Assembly: GCF_052425735.1 (NCBI RefSeq)
Contig: NC_135761.1
Span: 11,656,001-11,720,000 of the forward strand
DNA from: Oculina patagonica
Taxonomy: Eukaryota
DNA: 64,000 nt
Reading direction: 5' to 3'
The notes beneath the pieces are model-generated. The model was not told where the DNA came from. It saw only the letters and a program-made list of their open reading frames with translations, and did no database searches. Position numbers and translations under genes: made by a program. Below are positions 1 to 12,678 of the stretch, piece after piece (within the stretch, counting starts at the first letter, position 1; each line of letters starts with the position of its first letter).

Positions 1-23
1 TATAAGTATAACAGTAATAATAC

Positions 24-125
24 TTGACTCTGAAGATGACTTTCGCTCAGGTTGTCGAAACGTCAGTCACCAACAACAGTTCTTCTCAGAACTACTCTCA
101 CCGGGACGATCATACTTTACGACCT
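24..125 (+). mobile_element. Penelope-like retroelement terminal fragment
   Basis: Interrupts the conserved array flank. Near-perfect 11-bp duplication on each side (AGTAATAATAC 13-23 / AGTGATAATAC 126-136). Carries a minimal hammerhead motif typical of PLE terminal repeats. Confidence 0.65.
25..69 (+). ncRNA. Minimal type I hammerhead ribozyme (PLE-type)
   Basis: Stem I TGACT(25-29)/AGTCA(65-69); core CTGAAGA(T) from 30; stem II GAC/GTC; GAAAC followed directly by a GTC cleavage triplet (62-64). Confidence 0.65.
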
Positions 126-267
126 AGTGATAATACGGTGATTGTAAGTCAGTAACATGCAACAATAATAAGGAGAAAGTTTATTTAAAGATAGCCTGCG
201 AGGCGGCTGTATTCGCAGGCTTATTTAAAGAAGAAAACACCAATAACAAAATATGTGTTGTGATCTA

Positions 268-1000
268 CCGTAATGATTCGAATAAGCGCCCTTCTTCCAG
301 TAAGCGCCCCCTTCCGAATAAGCGACTCCCCACCCTTCGAATGTGTTTTTGTTAATAAGTGTACCTATTCTAATAGGCGCCCCCAATTCTTATAAGCGCC
401 CCCTTTACGCGCCCCTATTCTTAAAAGCGTCCCTATTCTTAACCCTCGGACGTACAAGCAAACTCACACCCCCACCATTGAACAAGGGGGGGGGGGAATG
501 GATGGAACCCCTCCCCGGAGTTTTCGTTATATTAAGGCGTAGCGAGATTATTTTACACTGATAAGAAAGCCCTGAGCTTACTCTACTCTCTAATTGGCTG
601 TGACGTCATATGACGTCATATGGCATCCACCCCCCCCCCACCCCCTTGTACGTCCGAGGGTTAAAATCGCTCCTATTGTGGCTAACTGACTCTACTGAAG
701 TTGTTGACGTGGAAAAGATAAACTCATGAACGTTCACCGCACCGTACACGTATACATTTACTGCTTAAATGAACGATTCTTGTAAAAATAACTGAACTTT
801 CAACAATTTTTTTCTGTTACAGTTTATGCTTTTGCTAGTAATTTTAAAATATATTAAAATTTTGTTTTAAACATTTGGTTGTTTCGCAAAAAATTAAATA
901 AGCGCCCTGTCCCGAATAAGCGCTCTGTCTCGAATAAGCGCCCTCCCTAAAGGTGCCAAAAGTAAATAAGCGCCCAGGGCGCTAAATCGAATCATTACGG
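268..1000. mobile_element. MITE, Tc1/mariner-pogo-like
   Basis: TIRs CCGTAATGATTCGA / TCGAATCATTACGG, TA on the left, many internal ATAAGCGCC repeats. The right TA is replaced by a G-run. Confidence 0.75.
443..660. mobile_element. piggyBac-like MITE nested in the 268-1000 MITE
   Basis: TIRs CCCTCGGACGTACAAG / CTTGTACGTCCGAGGG flanked by TTAA (439-442, 661-664). Confidence 0.85.
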
Positions 1001-2646
1001 GGGGGGGGGGGGCGGCAATTTTGAGGGGAGAGCTAAGATTTTTTGGGTTCCCATTTGGGTAGGGCCAAATGCTTTTGGACCCACGTTTAGGAGAGGGTCA
1101 CAAATTTTTGGGCACCTGTTTTTAACAAATAAGCTTTTAAAATATTTTAGGCTACTTCGATCCACCATCCATCCCCTTCTTGGTGATGTCCCTTGACTAG
1201 CAAACAGCGCGTGTGTTTATCAAGCTGAATCTTCTATATCTTGAACATGACTCATTGTGGAGATTTCTAGAGTGAGACACACGCACGCTTCTAAATATGG
1301 CCCCGGCTAGAATGGTTAACGTTCAATTCACATTTCCGTAACGAGACTCCACAGAACAATTTTTTAACCATTCATGCTGCAAGTTCTCTGCGAGGAACAT
1401 TTCAGTCTTTACCTATTTTACTAGCAAGCTAGCTTTTTGCCTTGATTACTTTTTAGCGTGTTTGACATTTGTAGATGCATTTCTAGTCATTTCAGAAGAC
1501 TTAAAATGAACATTTTCCCGGAGGGGCATGCCCCCGGACCCCCTAGCCTTGCTTGCGTTAAGGATCAACAGTTGTTTGGTTCAGGCTCCTCAAGCCTCGT
1601 GCATTGAGCGTGAGACTCACGCAACCAGTTGCAATATCACACTGAAACGATTATTTCTTGCAGGATATTATTTTGATTCAAACAACTCATTTTTATCATA
1701 TCTATTCGTAGCATGACTCGTTATCAATAATCATCTTAAAAACACAGTATTTCGCTATGTTTTTCTGTTTTACCTGCTTCGAATAGCTCGAACAGCTGAG
1801 AAAAGTTAAAACAGGAATCTAAGTAGCTTTTCTGGAGCGCCATCATATTGCTACTCAGAATCGCAGAAAAGTGATTTAAGAGGATTAAATATTGAAAATT
1901 TCCTGGGAGAGCATGCCCAAGACCCTTCTTGAGGGCACACAGCTTTCCTAAGAGACAAAATACAATAAACTACAAACAATGCTTTTCACCTTCCTGTGTT
2001 TATTCTTTAATGTGCTCATTTAAAGGACGGACAGGGGGCAGGGGAGGCCGGGAGGGGGGTCACAATTTTTTGGTCTCTGATTTGGGGAGGGTTGCAAATT
2101 TTTCGGCTCCGATTTGGGGGGAGGGTCACAATTTTTGAGCCAACTTCTTAAAAAATTTACCGGCCCCACCTCCCAGTAATTAATGACTGCTTCCTTTTTA
2201 GTATTTGTATATCGTGTCCAGAAAGGAGTCGTTGTATTTAAACTTTTCAAAACTTACAAAATTTAATACATGTAAGCTGTTACCTTAGAAATGAAACAAT
2301 GGTACAGTACATGAGAAGTTCAATAAAACATTAGCCTCACTTTATGTTAAACTTCTTACTTTTTTGCTGTCTGACGGAATTGCCCGAAAAAATCGTCACA
2401 CTCGCGACATTCTCGTGAGCAGTCTTCGTAATGATTTCTGATGCTTCCGGTATTACCAAAACTTTTTAGACCTTTTTACACGTTTTGCTCTTCAAGAACG
2501 CAACCTAAAGTTTCATTAACGCCCATAAGACAACAACCATTGCGATGTTATATAAGTTCACATTAAGGACTCCTGCTAGAAATCAGGAACATTCATTAAC
2601 GAATGAAGTTTCATTTCAATTTTATTTATAGCCCAATAAAGCCACC

Positions 2647-3231
2647 TAGGCTCTTACTGAGAGTGCTCGTAAAAAAAGCATTAAATGCTAAAAGAAGTGC
2701 TCGTTTTTGGTGAAAAAAGTGCGAAAATAATGCTAATTTTTTTACAAAGTGCTCGTGGGTAACATAAAAATGCTCACTTTTTCCCGATTTTTTTAAACAT
2801 AGAATATTACATTTTTCAGATTTTCAGTTACATTTTTCAACAATAAAATGTAATGATCAATGTTTGATGTCAGAGTACGCTCTCTAGCTATCTCTGCCTT
2901 GGCTGGCTGACTTCCATTGTTCCTCGATGGCAACGTGGATGACGTCATCTTGGAACGAGTGTGATGGACTGGGTTCCTAGAAGGCAACCACTGACGTATC
3001 AAACCTATTCCCCAGGCCTCCTCGGCTCCTTTGACTCAAATGAGGGCATAATGCATCTTTGGACGCCATTGTCATTGAAGTCAGATTGTGCTTTTTAACA
3101 CAAAATTCGACAAATAGTCAGTCGAAAATCCAAAATAATGCTAGCAGTGCTTTTTGGGATAAAATGTTTAAAAAAATGCTCGCGAAGCCAAATAATGCCA
3201 AAAAAGTGCTAGCATTATCGGTAAGAGCCCA
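2647..3231. mobile_element. MITE with 8-bp TSD (hAT/P-like)
   Basis: TIRs TAGGCTCTTAC / GTAAGAGCCCA; perfect TSD AAGCCACC (2639-2646, 3232-3239); internal GTGCTCG/ATGCT repeats. Confidence 0.8.
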
Positions 3232-3399
3232 AAGCCACCCAGATAAAGTAGGGGCTAATTATTTTTCTTTCTATTTTTTTTCATATACTTTTGTTACAAA
3301 CTCGACGTGAAATTATCTCTAAAAAGCCTAACTATGTTTATGGTTATTACAAATACTGAGCTTACAATAACTTGAGAGCAATACAAATTAACATGTTTT

Positions 3400-5929
3400 T
3401 CATACTATGCCATAGCATTTCCGTTTTTCCAGTGTGTGGTAACCTTGGTCACTACTGTTTGCATCCCCAAACCTCAGCTGTTTAACTGGAAGATGTGTCT
3501 TGTCAGTGAGGAGACCGCTGTCTTCACGCCACACCTTGTCATTCTTTTCACAGTTACAACCATAACTGGAGTCTGCACATGAGTTGGTCATCCCGCATGC
3601 GCACTTACCACTGCCAGGTGATGCCCCGCCCCAGTACGTCATCTTAGTAGAATCACGTGACACCCACCAGGCATATCCACGACCCACTGACACTGAATGG
3701 TAACACTCATACTTGATAAACTGTTCACAGTGTGAGGAGACTCTGGTAAGACTTGCAAGCTGGGAGAGACTCGCTCCTGTGTAATGGATGTCACGCGAGT
3801 AACAGCCTTGAGAGTGACATCCATTCACCAATGTTCTGCTTTCACTGTCGTGACTTATCACTGTCACACCGACTCCATTCTTGTCATTCATGTCGCAGTA
3901 AACTGTGAATGATGCCAGGCCTCCCACGCCATCTGGATCAATGACGTAGCTTCCGCTTACACTGCTGACATATTTTCTGATCACAGAACAACTGGAAGGC
4001 GTAGTAAACGGAGAATTAATTTGGACTTTAGCTTCTATTGTTGTCAGAGCATTAGTTGCTCTACAGGTGTAAGATCCTTCGTGTGATTTTTTAATGTTTG
4101 GAATAATCAGTGTTCCATTCAGAAGAACGTTGGACTCTACAGGAAGTGAAGACTTGCCATCCTTTTTCCAACTGATTGTAGTTCTCAGGTCACTCTCAGC
4201 CACACACGGAAGATGTACACTAGAACCAAACATAGAGGGAGTCACCTCTAGAGGAGGACGGACTTTGAACCGTAAACGAGAGAAAACCGTCAGTTGAGCG
4301 ATATCTGCTGCTGATCCCAGAATATTTTCTGCCTTACAAATGTATATTCCAGCGTTCTTTCGTGTCACACTGTAGATTGTCAGGGTTCCATTCATTATTT
4401 CATTTCGGTCTTCAGGCAAACTACTAACTGCTTTGGACCACGTGATACGAGGAAGCGGCTGACCAGAAGCAGTGCAGGCGATGGTGACGTTTTGTTTCTC
4501 TTCAGCCATCAATCGATTGGACGACAATGAAATTTCGGGAGGAACTATGGGAAAAATAGAAAATAAGATGATTTGTCCAAACAAACTCTTTTTACTGCAT
4601 ATTATTTTCACTGCTGTTGTTAGCTCTCTTGGTCAGGCATATTCCAACTTCAAGTTCTTCTGAAATTCCTTTTTTAATAACGTTCTCATATCATATTTTT
4701 GTCACAACTCTATCACAACATCATTAGCTGACAGCTATATCAAACGCTTTATGTTTTACAACATCCAGCTCTACTCTTTAACTGTAAATACATAAATTAA
4801 GCTACTTACATTGAACAGTTAATGTCGCCGAGGCATTCACTTGTCCCAGCAAATTTTCAGCTCTGCAGCTGTAAACTCCGCCGTCTCCAGGTCTAACGTC
4901 CTTCACAATCAGAGCGCCACTGGACTCTACCACGTGACGACCCACAGGAAGAGACGAATCCAGCTTAGACCACGTGCCCTTTGGACTTGGATTGCCATCC
5001 GCTGTACATTTCAAGATGGCTGTCTGACTTTCATTGACTGTCATTCCAACAGGACGCTGCAGCAGAGATGGAGCCGAGATGGACTGGCTCGGTTCACCTT
5101 TGACGCCTTTCATACCCGGCGGGCCTCTAGGTCCCACGGGACCGGGTTCTCCCGGCACTCCAATGTCTCCCTTTATGCCCATTGGTCCTTGAGCTCCTAT
5201 TGGTCCATGTTTACCAGGAGGTCCACTTGATCCGGGTTTCCCTGGGGGACCTGGTCTCCCTCGGGTTCCCGGTCTTCCTCGTCGTCCCATGTTACCTTTT
5301 GGTCCTGTGCGGCAGAGCGTGTGATCTTTAGCACAGACTTGGTTTTGCAGCAGACCAAGTTCTTGTTTGATCAGTATTTGTACTTCAGAGGCTGTTAGGA
5401 CTGCATTTTGTTGGAAATCATCAGGCGAAGAGCGTTTTTGTCTTGAGACTGTCTCTTCTTCACCTGAAAATTAAACTATTTATTTAAAAGCGAAACTGTG
5501 AATGCTAATTCTTTGACATTGGAGGGTTGCTAGTAAAAGAGATTTCCGTTTTCATTAGATTAGGTTTCAGCAACAAACCGTCTGCCTCGTTATTCATTTG
5601 TGTTAAGGAAAATTATAGACAAATGGCATGCAATCTTGGGTAAAATGTAGACGATTTGTACCACGATAATTGGCAATTATTGTTAAAGAAGTTAATACTG
5701 TTATACTTACTGTCTACTGCACTGCATTGCAGATACTAGTTTCATGACGAAACTTACCTTTGGTCCCTTGTGTGTACAGTCAATATCAGTCGATGATGTT
5801 CTTGTATTTTGAGTTCCACGTGAATTAGCGTGATACAACGCACAACAGACAACAGCAAGCCTGACGCGGAACACAAGCTGTTCAGTGTTTTTTTTTGTTC
5901 GTCTGCTTCTCTTCTTTATCTTGTTTCAT
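3400..5929 (-). pseudogene. Array copy C1: TM-collagen-3xIg-Caspr-type fibrinogen-like gene, exon 1 disrupted
   Basis: Exons 5758-5929, 4810-5463 and 3400-4544 with GT-AG phase-1 introns. Exon 1 has a -1 in a T-run (~5888-5896) giving [15 protein letters not shown], plus a 101-bp deletion with a 12-bp filler (5771-5782). Exons 2 and 3 are open. Confidence 0.75.
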
Positions 5930-6159
5930 CGTTACAGCTGCTACCACAAACTTAAAATATCAAACTAATGCTATGGACGTTACTCTTTGAGCTGCTTACA
6001 GATCAGTTCACTGTGGGTTTAATCGGTGTATTTAAAAGCTTTAGAAAGCTTCGAGAAAGCTGTTGTGTTACTGTTGTGCCCGAGTTTCACTGATGAAAGT
6101 GTAACACGAAGCTTGTGCTGACTGATGTTAAGTAAACATGCAGTAAAAATGACTTTACT

Positions 6160-6200
6160 TGTCTGAGCTTGTAATGGAGATTCAGTATCACAGGAAGTAT
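6160..6200 (-). promoter_or_regulatory. Conserved proximal-upstream block of array genes (ETS-like ACAGGAAGT)
   Basis: TGTCTGAGCTTGTAATGGAGATTCAGT(A/T)TCACAGGAAGT recurs ~235-265 bp upstream of the ATG in copies with an intact start (~6190, 15050, 28660, 32760, 45410, 55760, 59575) and as a variant in C6 (~49600). Function is inferred. Confidence 0.4.
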
Positions 6201-7370
6201 AATTATAATATCATCTTACTGACAAGGGTCAAACGTATTTACTAGAATCAATTGAAGTGTTATTTTTAAGTCTGCACAGCATGCTGTAAAAGATCCAGTG
6301 GCAAGGCAAGTTTAAACTCTTGGCGAGTTGTTCAGACGTAATGGTTCTAATTAATTTCCCAAAATCATCATCGGTGAGGAAAAGTAATAAGCGATTATAT
6401 AAACCACTGTTTTTTTTTTGTTGTTTTTTTTTTTGCTTTCTTGCAGAGAAGGGGGACGACTATTATACCTATGTCACCTTTTAGTAAGACTCGTCACCAA
6501 AGGGTCAAAAGGAACAATTTGGTTTTCTCTTGCACGTACATGTTGTTCAGCGTGATGCAGCTGAGTCACGGTCTCAGTGATGTAATAATTTTACGGTGAC
6601 ATTTAGGAGAATCAGAATAAACAATTGGTTCACTACTAAAATGCCTTTAGCCGCTTAGTTTGATTTTCTCTACACTAATAACGGTAAAGTAACAGTAAAT
6701 TTTTAAATACGGTAATAAAAGTCAGTAACATGCAACAATAATAAGGAGATAGGTTATTAAAAGAAGAAAACAGCAATTACAATAAATGTGTTCTGATCTA
6801 CTTTCCCTTTAATAAGGCTCTCAGTATTTTGAAGTTAAACGAATTACATGTATCTGACATATTTTCGTGTCATATTGCATTCAACCCCTGGAATGGAGAA
6901 TCGCCGGGGCAAACCATAGCAGTTTTGCGCATATCTCGGTGAATTTGCGAATCAGCTTTGTTCAGCTGAGTTTTTAAATGACGTTAGATCTTTAGTCTAA
7001 TACGCCGCCCACACTTCCTTGAACCTGCTAGTTTTGACTTCTTTAAAGCAAAACGTTAGGAAAAGCCTAAATAAAATAACAGTTTTTAGCTTTCTGCAAA
7101 GTTCATTGGCGGAGCTATCAAATATCTTTTACTATGAAGAGCCAGTCTTTGGGAAAACATGCTTAGAAAAAAAAAAATCATTTTTCTATGGACAATTAAT
7201 CAGGATCGATCAGATGCCATAATCAGGTATAGGGAACCTCGACTGTTAAGCTCACATCCGGTTGTAATTGATGTACAGGTTGTGTTTATAGTGGTCATGT
7301 ACTTAACTTCAAGAAAGCTACTTTACAGGTTCATTGCCACTAAAACAGAGGAAACAAACGTTTTAAATGA

Positions 7371-7540
7371 ACATAAGATAGTTAAAAATCCCAATCGGTC
7401 ATACCAAGCATGACCGAGGATTTTAACTCGGGACGACCAAGAACAACTCCAGCTAGTGGCAGGGTGGAAAGGTTGAACCCAGGACCTCCGCATTCATACA
7501 ACACCAGCGCCCTAAATTAACCACCGGCCATGTTGCCTCT
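7371..7540 (-). mobile_element. tRNA-derived SINE, degenerate
   Basis: Reverse complement resembles the SINE at 38025, with A-box/B-box-like head GAGGCAACATGGCCGGTGG...GGGTTCAACC. Confidence 0.6.
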
Positions 7541-7612
7541 TCAAACGCTCTTACGCGTCTTTGTTTCATGTCTGTGGCTCTGTACCGACTATGTTGATAA
7601 CTGCGACTCTTT

Positions 7613-10600
7613 TTTTTTTTTTTTTTTATTGATTGCTCACACATTTACAAACATTACATTAACAGCGTTATTATTACACTACTTACAGATATTATTTGCA
7701 CAAAAAAAAAACTAACAATACATTACGAACTACAGTTACAATACAATGTAAGTTAACCTTATTAGAAATAAAAGAAAAAAAGAACTTACAAACACTAGCC
7801 TATCTTATACCTATAGAAAATAGTCCACGTAGCATTTAAGCAAATATTTTTTAGGAGAGTAATATTGTATAATTAAGGAGATCGGAAGAAAAAAATTACT
7901 ACTAACAGGGTCAAACCAGGACTGAAAAGTTAAATTTGATTCAGTTTTTTTTTATATAAATTTTTAATTTGAAAGGTGGCCGAGGAGAGGTTTCCATTTC
8001 TCTGATGAAGAATTAGGATCATTTTTTTCAATTTCATAGCTTTTGTTCATGAGATGCAAGAAGTGCGAAAGATTAGGGATTTCGTTTTTTAATTTACAGA
8101 CCCAGATACAATATCTGCTCATCAGACAAGAGAAATTAATTTGCAACTTTGCATTTGAGGTGTCTGGCTTTAGGCCGAGAGCAATGGCCATGTCTAATTT
8201 ATTCCCTTTCTGCGTACATAGGGATGTCTGAAGCCATTTAAAAAAGCTTTCCCAAAAACGAGTGGTCTGCAGGTTGCAATGCCAAAAAAGGTGGAGCAAA
8301 GTTTCTGTTTCCTTTTCGCAAAAGGAACAGCGGTCACTGTCTTTGACTTTAATTTTATACAAAAAGGAGTTTGTAGGTAGACGTCGATGAAGAAATTTAA
8401 ATTGGAATATTATTAGTTTGGTACTTTTTGTGCAAATCTTTGTAGATTGAAAAGCTCTTTTCCAGTCAATTTCACCTTTTTCCAAGTCGCAATCTTCGTG
8501 CCATTTCGCCTGAGAAGTTTCCGGTGCTTCGCTTTTAGTTGCAACTAGAATTTTGTACGTTAAGTTGCTGGGTTTTTTTGCCTTGAGGAAAATTTTAATG
8601 AATGGTTCAATCTCATCTTTTTCGGGGCTATCTATGTTTTCTTTGAAACGTTTTCTTAGATTCTTCAGCGTGGCAATAATCCCCCCGAATGCTAAAGGGC
8701 AGGCTTTGAGTCCGTATTTATTCTGAAATTCTTCATAGGAGAGAGGTTTGTTTGCGTCTTTCATGAGAGACCTAATGGTCGATATTCCATTTGCAAGCCA
8801 TTCTCGAAAATAGATGGGTTTGCTGTCTATTCTGATAAGAGAATTATTCCAGAGAGGCTGTGATTGATAATGTTGTAAGGAGGAGGTATTGTCAGTGTAA
8901 TTAACCTCGGCCCAGATCATCAGAATTTCATTAATGAAGATATTGGTAGATGAGAAGTGATGCTTGATATCTGTTTTGTTTAAATTTCCAAGAAAAACAG
9001 CTTCTCCGCCATATCTTCCAAATTCTCGTTCAAAGAAAAGTTTCCATTTTCCTAAGTTTGTTTTGTCAAGATATTTTTTAATCCAAATAGTTTTCAAAGA
9101 TTTATTAAATGAGAAAAGGTCAATCATTTTAAGCCCACCATTACTGTAATCGTTAATCATAATGTTTCTTTTAATTTTATCGGGTTTCCCGTCCCAGAGG
9201 AAATGATAGAAAGCTCCATTCAGTTCTTTGATAGCCTGGTGGTTTGTTGGGAGAGGGGAAAGAACATGAACAAGCTGTGAAGCAATTAGGCTCTTTAATA
9301 TAGCGATTTTTCCAAGTAAGCTTAGCCTTCGGTACTGCCAGTTTCTAAGTAAATTTCGAACTTTCTCTTTTTTTTCGTAAAAGTTCAGCTTTACCGTTAA
9401 TTCGGGTTCTATTGAGAGCCACACGCCTAATGTTTTGATTTTTAAATGCTGCCATCTGAAACCTTTCTCGGGAAACATAATGTCTTGGCTTCTTGCTTTT
9501 GAACCTATCCTCAATGCTTCGGTTTTTTTATTATTGAGTCTGAGACCAGAAATCTTGCTAAATTTTCCGATAACATCGAGCGAAGTTTCAAGCGCGTCTT
9601 TTGAGCCGTCAAGGATTAATGTCGTGTCGTCAGCATATTGGCTTAATTTGATTTCTTTTTGGTTGACTGAAATTCCTTTAATATGTTGGTCACTTCGGAT
9701 TGCGCTAGCTAAAACTTCGACGGAAAGGACAAATAAATATGGAGAAAGAGGGCAGCCTTGCCGCACGCCTCTCTCAATTTTAAAACATTCGCTCATCCAT
9801 CCGTTGTTCATTACGCAACTTTCGATATCACAGTAAAGAGTTTGTATCCATTTTTGAATGGAAGGGCCAAAGCCATAGTGTTGCAACGTTTTTTCAACGA
9901 AAGACCATTCGAGTGTGTCAAAGGCTTTTTCGAAATCTAGAAGCCAAATCAAGCCCGGGATGCTTTGGTCATTGGTGTAATTAATAATACTGTCGATCAG
10001 TCGTATGTTTTCGCCGATAAATCTACCTTTAATAAATCCTGTCTGATCGCTATTAATAAGTTTTGGAAGAGTAGACTGGATTCTATTTGCGATTGACTTT
10101 GCTGCTATTTTATAGTCACAATTTAACAGAGATAAACGCCGCCAATTTTTTAATATTTTGAGGTCTGCTTCTTTTTTAGGGATAAGTTTTATTATGCCCC
10201 GTCTCTGTGTCATCGCGAGTTGCCCATTCTCGTATGCAAAGTTAAGAGCAGCGAGAAGAGCGCCTGAAATATCATCCCAAAATATTTTATAGAACTCTGC
10301 TGGTAACCCGTCAGTTCCAGGGGCTTTGCCGTCGGCCATTTGCTTTAAGGAAGTGAGACACTCTTTCCCCGTGAGTGGGCCTTCACACAAATTTTGTTCT
10401 TCTTGTGAAAGATGTATTGTATTTTCGGCCGGGAAAAATTTTTCCATGATAGATGGATCTTGTTCAGAAGTTAGCTTTGTCTCGTACAGATTTTTATAAA
10501 AGGAAAGACATTCCTTTAAAATATCTTTGTCTGTCGTGATGACGATGTCATTGTCGGTTTTTAGCTGGCTTATTGTTCCTTGTTTGTAATGTCTTTTTTC

Positions 10601-10898
10601 CAGATTAAGAAAATATTTGGTGTTTTTCTCACCTTCATTATGCCATCGACACTGCGATCTTAAAATAGCCCCTTTTGTTCGGTATTCAATTATCTTTTCA
10701 TGTTGATTTTTTTTGCTTTTCAGCACGCCTAAAAGTTCTTCCCGCTGCTTCGCTTCAATGTTTTTGTCTTCTAATTTTATTTCAATCGCGGCTATGGTCC
10801 TTTCTATTTCGTCTTCGCTTTTTTTCTTTCTTTCTTTGGAATAATATAGCGATGATTCTCTCACTTTAAGTTTTATCATTTCCCAAAGGAGAGCAGGA
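7613..10898 (-). mobile_element. 5'-truncated L1/Tx1-clade non-LTR retrotransposon
   Basis: Poly(A) tail (T-run ~7608-7627); 14-bp TSD AACTGCGACTCTTT (7599-7612, 10899-10912); empty site seen at ~30488 and ~61402; contains an open ORF2 fragment. Confidence 0.95.
7964..10898 (-). CDS. LINE ORF2 fragment: reverse transcriptase plus C-terminal zinc finger, endonuclease missing
   Basis: RT motifs KAPGTDG, LLNCDYK, LDFEKAFD, GVRQGCPLSP, QYADD and a CxxC...H...C finger. The first ~19 aa of the ORF-track protein come from flank and TSD. Confidence 0.9.
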
Positions 10899-12678
10899 AA
10901 CTGCGACTCTTTAACGACACAAAAAGCACCAAACTTAACTTGACGCCAATTTGCCATGATGACTTCATGTCGTTATTACTTCATATAACAGATGCTTACG
11001 CTACCGTATGACACATTCTTTGTACTTTTTAACGTGTCAAAAAAGTTAGTTATTCAATGTTTCGAATAAATTAACTCGATGCTATAACTGGGACTGAGTA
11101 CTTCTCTATGACAAAATAAAATGTCGTAAGTAAATAATTGTTTAATTCTTTTTTAATTCGATAAAATGTTTAGCCTGAAACATAAACTGAAGCTTTTATT
11201 TTATATTTTCAATTCCCGTTTCTAGATATCTGTTGCTTCTCAACTGAAAGCATATTGACTATCATTATTATTTCAAATACTGGGCTTGCAGTAAATTTAG
11301 AGGACAACAAATTAACATGTTCCTTTATGCTATGCCATAGCATTTCAGTTTTCCCAGTGAGTGGTAACCATACTGGTTGCTACTGCTCGTATCGCCAAAC
11401 CTCAGCTGTTTAACTGGCAGATGTGTCTTGTCAGTGAGGAGACCGCTGTCTTCACGCCATACATAGTCATTTGCATCACAGTTACAGCCATAACTGGGGT
11501 TTGCGCATGAGTTAGTCATCCCGCATGCGCACTTACCACTGCCAGGTGATGCTCCGCCCCAGTACGTCATCTTAGTAGAATCACGTGACACCCACCAGGC
11601 ATTTACCCCGTACCCCCAACATCACAGAACCATGACACTCGTACTTGATAAACTGTTCACAGTGCGAGGAGACTCTGGTGAGACTTGCAAGCTGGGAAAG
11701 ACTTGATCCTGTATAATGGATGTCACGAGAGTAACAGCCTTGATGTTGACATCCATCCACCAATGTTCTGCTTTCACTGCCGTGACTTATCACTGTCACG
11801 CCGATTCCATTCTTGTCACTCATGTCACAGTAAACAGTAAATGGTGCCAGGCTTCCCGCGCCATCTGGATCAATGACGTAATTCCCGCTTACACTACAAA
11901 CGTATTTTCTTATCACAGAGCAGGAAGTCGTAATAACTGGAGAATTGATTTTGACTTTAGCTTCTATTAACACCAGAGGATTAGTCGCCCTACAGGTGTA
12001 AGATCCTTCGTGTGATTTCTTGATGTTCTGAATAAACAGTGTTCCATTAAGTAGAACATTGGACTCTACAGGAAGTGAAGACTTGCTATCCTTGAACCGC
12101 AGTGGAGAGAATATTACAACTAGGGCAGTGTTCGTAGCTGATCCCATAATATTCTCTGTCTTACAAATGTATATTCCAGCGTCCTTTCTTGTCACGCTGT
12201 AGATTGTCAAAATTCCATTCATCACTTCAGTTCTGTCTTTAGGCAAACTACCGACTGACTTAGTCCACGTGATACTAGGAAACGGCCTACCAGTAGCAGT
12301 GCAGGCGATGGTGACGTTTTGTTTCTCTTCAGCCATCAATCGATTGGATGACAATGAAAGTTGAGGAGGAACTGTCGAAAAATAAAGAAATTGTGATGAT
12401 TTGCCCAAACAAACTTTTGTTACATTTTATTTCCTCTGCTGTTGTAGCCTCTCTTAGACAGCCATATTCCAACTTCAAATGTTATTGGCTTATTTGTGAG
12501 AAGTAGTCAATTTAAACACAGAACTAAAGATATGTTTAGCGATGATCGAAGTTCTTCTGAAATTCCGTTTTGGTCATGTTCACATGTCACATTTTTTCAA
12601 ATATTTATCACAACTTCTTCAGCTGAACGTCAGCTATGTCAAACGCTTAATGTTTTACAATAAAATACATAAATTAAG

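Noticed and set aside
999-1012. Poly-G runs (also ~17678, ~37038) as functional G-quadruplexes
   Set aside because: Such runs are common parts of the local repeat families, and nothing supports a specific function.
10899-10957. N-terminal MANWRQVKFG... of the 997-aa ORF as a host-LINE fusion gene
   Set aside because: It is flank plus TSD that happens to be in frame. There is no evidence of a promoter or of domestication.
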